From: a virus | Taxonomy: Duplodnaviria > Heunggongvirae > Uroviricota > Caudoviricetes | DNA length: 19,748 bases | Virus record (IMG/VR): IMGVR_UViG_647533161_000006 | Strand: one strand, 5' to 3' | Part shown: in pieces, positions 14,705-19,748 of the stretch | Position numbering within the stretch: the stretch's first letter is position 1 | Layout: every line of letters starts with the position of its first letter | Made by a program: the position numbers and the translations under genes | Notes under the pieces: generated by a model | Database searches by the model: none | Told to the model about the DNA's origin: nothing | Seen by the model: only the letters and a program-made list of their open reading frames with translations

Positions 14705-15664
14705 ATGATAAAAAAACCTGTCGTTGGGATCAGTGGTTGTTTGGCCGGTTCTTCTGTCCGTTTTGATGGTGGTCACAAAAGAGCTAGCTTTTTAATGGAC
14801 AAATTACTGGAATGGGTAACATTCAAACCAGTATGTCCGGAAATGGCTATAGGGCTTCCAGTTCCGCGTCCTGCTCTACGTCTTGTTCGCTCGGCGCAAG
14901 GAAATATACGGATGTGTTTCAGCCACGACCAGAATGAGGATGTTACAGAGAAAATGACAGAGTTTAGTCGTTCTTATCTTGACAAATTAAAGGATGTATC
15001 GGGATTTGTGGTTTGTGCAAAATCTCCTAGCTGTGGTATGGAACGCGTGCGTGTATATGATGAAAATGGTAATCGTGGTCGTAAAGATGGAGTGGGACTA
15101 TTTACGAGCACGTTGATGGAAAGGTTTTCCTGGCTACCGGTTGAAGAGGATGGGCGACTACATGATCCAGTGCTTCGTGAAAACTTTGTTGAAAGAGTAT
15201 TTGCTTTACATGAGCTCAATCATCTTTATAAAGCGAAATTATCAAGAAGGGAATTATTAGCTTTTCATAGCCGTTATAAGCTTCAGTTGTTGGCGCATAG
15301 CCAGGCCGGTTATAAAGAGATGGGGCCATTTGTGGCTGCAATACATGAGTGGGCAGACCTTGAATCATACTTTGAGGTGTATCGTGAGAAGCTGATGGCG
15401 ATTCTCAGAAAACCTGCATCACGTAAAAATCACACGAATGTGCTGATGCATATACAGGGATATTTTAGTAACTGCTTAAATACACGTCAGCGTAAAGAGT
15501 TGAGCGATGTTATACTTAACTATCGAGCTGGCACGCTACCTCTTCTTGCGCCATTAACTTTGCTGAAGCATTACTTGGCAGAGTATCCTGATGATTATTT
15601 GCTTATACAGAATTACTTCCACCCCTATCCTGATGAACTGGCTCTAAGACTCTTGGTGAACTAG
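14705..15664 (+). CDS. DUF523/DUF1722-like two-domain protein (TudS/YbgA-like), 319 aa (moron)
   Basis: ATG 14705 with AAGGGGTAGG SD. N-terminal half has Cys-containing motifs (GISGCLAGSSVRFDGG, PVCPE, CAKSPSCGME) reminiscent of DUF523/TudS-type Fe-S proteins; C-terminal half resembles DUF1722. Family call is from memory, not a search. Confidence 0.6.
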   Translation: MIKKPVVGISGCLAGSSVRFDGGHKRASFLMDKLLEWVTFKPVCPEMAIGLPVPRPALRLVRSAQGNIRMCFSHDQNEDVTEKMTEFSRSYLDKLKDVSGFVVCAKSPSCGMERVRVYDENGNRGRKDGVGLFTSTLMERFSWLPVEEDGRLHDPVLRENFVERVFALHELNHLYKAKLSRRELLAFHSRYKLQLLAHSQAGYKEMGPFVAAIHEWADLESYFEVYREKLMAILRKPASRKNHTNVLMHIQGYFSNCLNTRQRKELSDVILNYRAGTLPLLAPLTLLKHYLAEYPDDYLLIQNYFHPYPDELALRLLVN

Positions 15665-15982
15665 GCGTTTGGAATGCACCAACAAGATGATTTTCTCCTT
15701 AGAGAATGTTTACAATCGTAAAAACTTCACTATGATATCTATAGTTGTACAGTTTGTAAAAAAATTCGGTTCATGCTTAAGGTAATGTTAATATGTTAAT
15801 TAATGATTAATAATCAAGCAAGCCAAAAATAGTTCTGTTTAATCTAGTATTACATAAATATTTTAAAGAAAATATCAAAGTTCATGATGATATAATGAGA
15901 TTTTTCTCATTGAAAATATGGCAATTTTAATATTTCCACCTATACTTACTTAACTCAAATCTAATTATGTCAGGTGGATGGT

Positions 15983-16714
15983 ATGCCATGCATATGTTCT
16001 ATCATTTTGGTTTTGAACTCGTTTGATATCCGGCTTGGTAAAGAAAAAATCTCTCTAAAAAAAGGAAGTGTTGTTGCTATAGAATACAATTTAAAAGTTT
16101 TCTTTTCTTCAAATAAAGATAATATAATGATCGTGGATATTGAAGAGAAAACAGTTAATGACTTCTTTAAAAACAATACACTCTCACCTTTTTCTGTAAG
16201 AAGATTTTATTCAGCATACTTGATAGTAAACTGTACAGACTATTCATTGTTAAAGAACTTGATAGGTTGCTTGAATTGTGATGGTGAAACTACGGCTGTA
16301 GTTAAAAATTCAATATTATTTGCATGTCTTGCTATTTTATCCTCGGAAAAAATGTTTCAGAGTTTTTTGTTTGGGTGTCTTAATAGTTTAGGAAGCAAAG
16401 TTAAGGCTATTATTCACTCGGACATATCTGCAGCATGGAGACTTTGTGATATTTCTTCAAGACTATGTCTGAGTGAAAGTTTGTTAAAAAGAAAACTAAA
16501 ACACGAAGGCTTATCATTTAGCAAATTAATTCTTGAAGAACGAATGGTGATGGCTGAAAGGTTATTAAGCTACAATTTCTATCCTGTTGGGAAAGTTGCT
16601 AAAATATGTGGTTATGAAAGCGCGTCATATTTTATAAGTGTTTTCAGAAGATATTTTGGTGTTCCCCCCCATGAATATTCATCAAGATTTTTTTTAGAAA
16701 AAGGCAAGATGTAA
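15983..16714 (+). CDS. AraC/XylS-family transcriptional regulator, about 243 aa (moron; very AT-rich)
   Basis: C-terminal AraC-type HTH signature (…GKVAKICGYESASYFISVFRRYFGVPPHEY…). In-frame ATG 15983 with AGGTGG SD 7 nt upstream (the ORF-track entry starts at GTG 15974). Preceded by ~300 bp of extremely AT-rich DNA. Confidence 0.75.
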   Translation: MPCICSIILVLNSFDIRLGKEKISLKKGSVVAIEYNLKVFFSSNKDNIMIVDIEEKTVNDFFKNNTLSPFSVRRFYSAYLIVNCTDYSLLKNLIGCLNCDGETTAVVKNSILFACLAILSSEKMFQSFLFGCLNSLGSKVKAIIHSDISAAWRLCDISSRLCLSESLLKRKLKHEGLSFSKLILEERMVMAERLLSYNFYPVGKVAKICGYESASYFISVFRRYFGVPPHEYSSRFFLEKGKM

Positions 16715-16776
16715 CGTGATGCGTTTTGATGATTTTGTAATTTTCATATTTGATGATTATATGATGCTTTCAGCTA

Positions 16777-16807
16777 CGCCAGAATAATCGCTGGCGTTTT
16801 TCTTTTC
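16777..16807 (+). terminator. Intrinsic terminator downstream of the AraC-like gene
   Basis: CGCCAG-AATAATCG-CTGGCG hairpin followed by TTTTTCTTTT on the plus strand. Confidence 0.55.
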
Positions 16808-16881
16808 TAATGTAACTTCTGTATCTTTCCCTCTTTCATTCCAAACCGTGTACACCATCCGTTATTCGCGGAGGTGAGGCT

Positions 16882-17097
16882 ATGAAATCCATGGACAAGT
16901 TAACAACGGGCATTGCCTACGGCACCTCTGCAGGCAGTGCTGGCTACTGGTTTTTACAGTGGCTTGATCAGGTCAGTCCGTCACAGTGGGCGGCGATTGG
17001 AGTGCTTGGAAGCCTTGTGTTGGGTTTTCTCACTTATCTGACAAACCTTTATTTCAAGATTAAAGAAGATAAGCGTAAGGCTGCGAGAGGTGAATAA
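16882..17097 (+). CDS. S: Pinholin S21 (dual-start: antiholin from Met1, holin from Met4), 71 aa
   Basis: [71 protein letters not shown] matches the phage 21 pinholin, including the M-K-x-M dual-start motif; GGAGGTGAGG SD. Confidence 0.9.
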   Translation: MKSMDKLTTGIAYGTSAGSAGYWFLQWLDQVSPSQWAAIGVLGSLVLGFLTYLTNLYFKIKEDKRKAARGE

Positions 17098-17594
17098 TGT
17101 CGCCATCATTACGCAAGGCTGTAGCAGCTGCTATTGGTGGTGGGGCTGTTGCCATAGCGTCTGTGCTCATCACTGGTCCGAGTGGTGACGATGGTCTGGA
17201 AGGTGTCAGCTACATACCATATAAAGATATTGTTGGTGTATGGACTGTATGTCACGGGCATACAGGAAAAGACATCATGCTCGGTAAAACGTATACCAAA
17301 GCAGAATGCAAAGCACTCTTGAATAAAGACCTTGCCACTGTCGCCAGACAAATTAACCCGTACATCAAAGTCGATATACCGGAAACAACGCGCGGCGCTC
17401 TTTACTCATTCGTTTACAACGTGGGTGCTGGCAATTTCAGAACATCGACGCTTCTTCGCAAAATAAACCAGGGCGATATCAAAGGCGCATGTGATCAGTT
17501 ACGTCGCTGGACATATGCTGGCGGTAAGCAATGGAAAGGTCTCATGACTCGTCGTGAGATTGAGCGTGAAATCTGTTTGTGGGGTCAGCAATGA
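17097..17594 (+). CDS. R: SAR endolysin (phage 21 R-type lysozyme with N-terminal signal-anchor-release domain), 165 aa
   Basis: N-terminal weakly hydrophobic Gly/Ala-rich SAR segment ([20 protein letters not shown]) followed by a lysozyme-type domain; start overlaps the S stop (TAATG). Confidence 0.9.
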   Translation: MSPSLRKAVAAAIGGGAVAIASVLITGPSGDDGLEGVSYIPYKDIVGVWTVCHGHTGKDIMLGKTYTKAECKALLNKDLATVARQINPYIKVDIPETTRGALYSFVYNVGAGNFRTSTLLRKINQGDIKGACDQLRRWTYAGGKQWKGLMTRREIEREICLWGQQ

Positions 17595-18052
17595 ACAGAG
17601 TAACCGCGATTATCTCCGCTCTGGTTATCTGCATCATCGTCTGCCTGTCATGGGCTGTTAATCATTACCGTGATAACGCCATTACCTACAAAGCCCAGCG
17701 CGACAAAAATGCCAGAGAACTGAAGCTGGCGAACGCGGCAATTACTGACATGCAGATGCGTCAGCGTGATGTTGCTGCGCTCGATGCAAAATACACGAAG
17801 GAGTTAGCTGATGCGAAAGCTGAAAATGATGCTCTGCGTGATGATGTTGCCGCTGGTCGTCGTCGGTTGCACATCAAAGCAGTCTGTCAGTCAGTGCGTG
17901 AAGCCACCACCGCCTCCGGCGTGGATAATGCAGCCTCCCCCCGACTGGCAGACACCGCTGAACGGGATTATTTCACCCTCAGAGAGAGGCTGATCACGAT
18001 GCAAAAACAACTGGAAGGAACCCAGAAGTATATTAATGAGCAGTGCAGATAG
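17591..18052 (+). CDS. Rz: Rz i-spanin, 153 aa from ATG 17591
   Basis: N-terminal transmembrane segment, coiled-coil-like periplasmic domain, start overlapping the R stop; contains the embedded Rz1 frame. Confidence 0.85.
   Translation: MNRVTAIISALVICIIVCLSWAVNHYRDNAITYKAQRDKNARELKLANAAITDMQMRQRDVAALDAKYTKELADAKAENDALRDDVAAGRRRLHIKAVCQSVREATTASGVDNAASPRLADTAERDYFTLRERLITMQKQLEGTQKYINEQCR
17811..17993 (+). CDS. Rz1: Rz1 o-spanin lipoprotein, 60 aa, embedded in Rz in the +1 frame
   Basis: Signal peptide with lipobox (…LVVVGC) and a proline-rich mature region ([15 protein letters not shown]); GAAGGAG SD upstream of ATG 17811. Confidence 0.78.
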   Translation: MRKLKMMLCVMMLPLVVVGCTSKQSVSQCVKPPPPPAWIMQPPPDWQTPLNGIISPSERG

Positions 18053-18083
18053 AGCTGCCCATATCGATGGGCAACTCATGCAA

Positions 18084-18377
18084 TTATTGTGAGCAATAGA
18101 CACGCGCTTCCAGCGGAGTATAAATGCCTAAAGTAATAAAACCGAGCAATCCATTTACGAATGTTTGCTGGGTTTCTGTTTTAACAACATTTTCTGCGCC
18201 GCCACAAATTTTGGCTGCATCAACAGTTTTCTCCTGTCCAATTCCCGAAACGAAGAAGTGATGGGTGATGGTTTCCTTTGGTGTTACTGCTGTCGGTTTG
18301 TTTCCAACAGTAAACGTCTGTTGAGCACATCCTGTAATAAGCATTGCCAGAGCGGCAGAAAACAACATTTTTTTCAT
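18084..18377 (-). CDS. bor: Bor outer-membrane lipoprotein (serum-resistance moron), 97 aa from ATG 18377
   Basis: MKKMLFSAALAMLITGCAQQTFTVGNKPTAVTPKETITHHFFVSGIGQEKTVDAAKICGGAENVVKTETQQTFVNGLLGFITLGIYTPLEARVYCSQ matches lambda Bor, with lipobox LITGC. Confidence 0.9.
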   Translation of the reverse strand: MKKMLFSAALAMLITGCAQQTFTVGNKPTAVTPKETITHHFFVSGIGQEKTVDAAKICGGAENVVKTETQQTFVNGLLGFITLGIYTPLEARVYCSQ

Positions 18378-18736
18378 CTTATTATCCTGCATTGTTAAAA
18401 ACGGCAGAATCCTATGTGACAACAATTAAACGATAGTTAAATGGATTGATGAAAATTAAAACTATATAGGTGGATGCTCAGCCTATTGGAGGAGGGGGGC
18501 ACTCAGAATCCTGTGGAATGAAATAAACCGCTCTTTCTGTCCATTACCCTTTTAGCTGCGCTGTATCGTCGCCGTATTCCCGCATTAACCATGACCGTAG
18601 CCCGACGGGGAATTCCTTCTGCGTGAGTGTGCGGGAATAATCAAAAACGATGCACACCGGGTTTTACTGTGCTGACAGACGCAGGGTTACCCTCATAGTC
18701 GCTTTTCCGGTGCGATGGTGGAAGAAACCGGGATGT

Positions 18737-18931
18737 TTATTCATCATCACTTTGGATTGATGTACATGCTCTCTTTTCTGACGTTAGTCTCCGACGGCAG
18801 GCTTCAATGACCCAGGCTGAGAAATTCCCAGACCCTTTTTGCTCAAGAGCGATGTTAATTTGTTCAATCATTTGGTTAGGAAAGCGGATGTTGCGGGTTG
18901 TTGTTCTGCGGGTTCTGTTCTTAGTTGACAT
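18737..18931 (-). CDS. Small basic protein, 64 aa (YlcI/DUF3950-like; possible DNA-binding)
   Basis: ATG-initiated ORF with an Arg/Thr-rich N-terminus (MSTKNRTRRTTTRNIRFPNQMIEQINIALEQ…); located between bor and cos. Family assignment from memory, weak. Confidence 0.45.
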   Translation of the reverse strand: MSTKNRTRRTTTRNIRFPNQMIEQINIALEQKGSGNFSAWVIEACRRRLTSEKRACTSIQSDDE

Positions 18932-19049
18932 GAGGTTGCCCCGTATTCAGTGTCGCTGATTTGTATTGTCTGAAGTTGTTTTTACGTTAAGTTGATGCAG
19001 ATCAATTAATACGATACCTGCGTCATAATTGATTATTTGACGTGGTTTG

Positions 19050-19310
19050 ATGGCGTAGATGCACGTTGTGACATGTAGATGATAATTATTATCATTTTGT
19101 GGGTCCTTTCCGGCGATCCGACAGGTTACGGGGCGGCGACCTCGCGGGTTTTCGCTATTTATGAAAATTTTCCGGTTTAAGGTGTTTCCGTTCTTCTTCG
19201 TCGTAACTTAATGTATTTATTTAAAATACCCCCTGAAAAGAAAGGAAACGACAGGTGCTGAAAGCGAGCTTTTTGGCCTCTGTCGTTTCCTTTCTCTGTT
19301 TTTGTCCGTG
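19050..19310. other. cos: cos site region: cosQ, cosN (12-nt cohesive-end sequence GGGCGGCGACCT at 19131-19142) and cosB upstream of nu1
   Basis: …GGGTCCTTTCCGGCGATCCGACAGGTTACG | GGGCGGCGACCTCGCGGGTTTTCGCTATTTATGAAAATTTTCCGGTTTAAGG… matches the lambda right-end/left-end junction with a few substitutions. Confidence 0.85.
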
Positions 19311-19319
19311 GAATGAGCA

Positions 19320-19748
19320 ATGGAAGTCAACAAAAAGCAGCTGGCTGACATTTTCGGTGCGAGTATCCGTACCATTCAGAACTGGCAGGAACAGGGAATG
19401 CCCGTTCTGCGAGGCGGTGGCAAGGGTAATGAGGTGCTTTATGACTCTGCCGCCGTCATAAAATGGTATGCCGAAAGGGATTCTGAAATTGAGAACGAAA
19501 AGCTGCGCCGGGAGGTTGAAGAACTGCGGCAGGCCAGCGAGGCAGATCTCCAGCCAGGAACTATTGAGTACGAACGCCATCGACTTACGCGTGCGCAGGC
19601 CGACGCACAGGAACTGAAGAATGCCAGAGACTCCGCTGAAGTGGTGGAAACCGCATTCTGTACTTTCGTGTTGTCGCGGATCGCAGGTGAAATTGCCAGT
19701 ATTCTCGACGGGCTCCCCCTGTCGGTGCAGCGGCGTTTTCCGGAACTG
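19320..19748 (+). CDS. nu1: Terminase small subunit Nu1 (N-terminal 143 codons; continues beyond the window)
   Basis: Hand translation MEVNKKQLADIFGASIRTIQNWQEQGMPVLRGGGKGNEVLYDSAAVIKWYAERDSEIENEKLRREVEELRQ… is essentially lambda Nu1; no stop before the window end. Confidence 0.92.
   Translation, partial: MEVNKKQLADIFGASIRTIQNWQEQGMPVLRGGGKGNEVLYDSAAVIKWYAERDSEIENEKLRREVEELRQASEADLQPGTIEYERHRLTRAQADAQELKNARDSAEVVETAFCTFVLSRIAGEIASILDGLPLSVQRRFPEL

Noticed and set aside
14974-15219. Minus-strand 81-aa ORF
   Set aside because: Antisense to the DUF523/DUF1722-like gene; Ser/Thr-rich low complexity.
15970-16176. Minus-strand 68-aa ORF at the start of the AraC-like gene
   Set aside because: Antisense frame in extremely AT-rich DNA; no start context.
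17109-17351. Minus-strand 80-aa ORF inside the endolysin gene
   Set aside because: Antisense to a securely identified SAR endolysin.
17891-18398. ORFs 17891..18103 (-) and 18165..18398 (+)
   Set aside because: Antisense to Rz/Rz1 and to bor respectively.
18426-18736. About 310 bp without an ORF of 60 aa or more between bor and the small basic protein gene
   Set aside because: No recognisable structure or repeats beyond scattered short ORFs; may be a decayed gene but I cannot support a call.
19221-19580. ORFs 19221..19580 (-) and 19255..19461 (+) over cosB and nu1
   Set aside because: Overlap the cos site and the nu1 coding frame; nu1 is secure.
1-19748. Searched for CRISPR arrays, tRNA or rRNA genes, and IS or transposon inverted repeats
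   Set aside because: No regularly spaced direct repeats with spacers, no obvious tRNA-like sequence, and no transposase ORFs; the only structured repeats are the ori iterons and the nut and cos elements.

Overview
This window is a mosaic lambdoid prophage (E. coli-type), read here from sequence and ORF translations only; no database search was run. Left to right: int/xis on the minus strand, small early-left genes including a TraR/DksA-like zinc finger, then the lambda-type Red/early-left block (exo, bet, gam, kil, cIII, ea10) with exo and bet interrupted by a 569-nt run of N. Next come sieB, a P22-type N with P22-type nutL and nutR, a cI-like S24 repressor, cro and cII, then lambda O (with ori iterons), P, ren and a nin region (ninB, Dam-family methyltransferase, ninE, rusA, ylcG) and a Q antiterminator. 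An AT-rich ~3 kb moron locus follows (Blc-like lipocalin, DUF523/DUF1722-like protein, AraC-family regulator), then a phage-21-type lysis cassette (S21 pinholin, SAR endolysin, Rz/Rz1), bor, an intact cos site and the start of nu1. The most interesting feature is an unrecognised, AT-rich 299-aa single-pass membrane protein (6743..7642) sitting exactly where lambda carries rexAB, downstream of cI and closed by its own terminator; I propose it as a candidate lysogen-expressed anti-phage or exclusion gene. Secondary items are the Q-to-lysis moron cargo, an orphan Dam-like methyltransferase, a ral-less noncoding segment with a perfect inverted repeat, and a decayed junction upstream of rusA.
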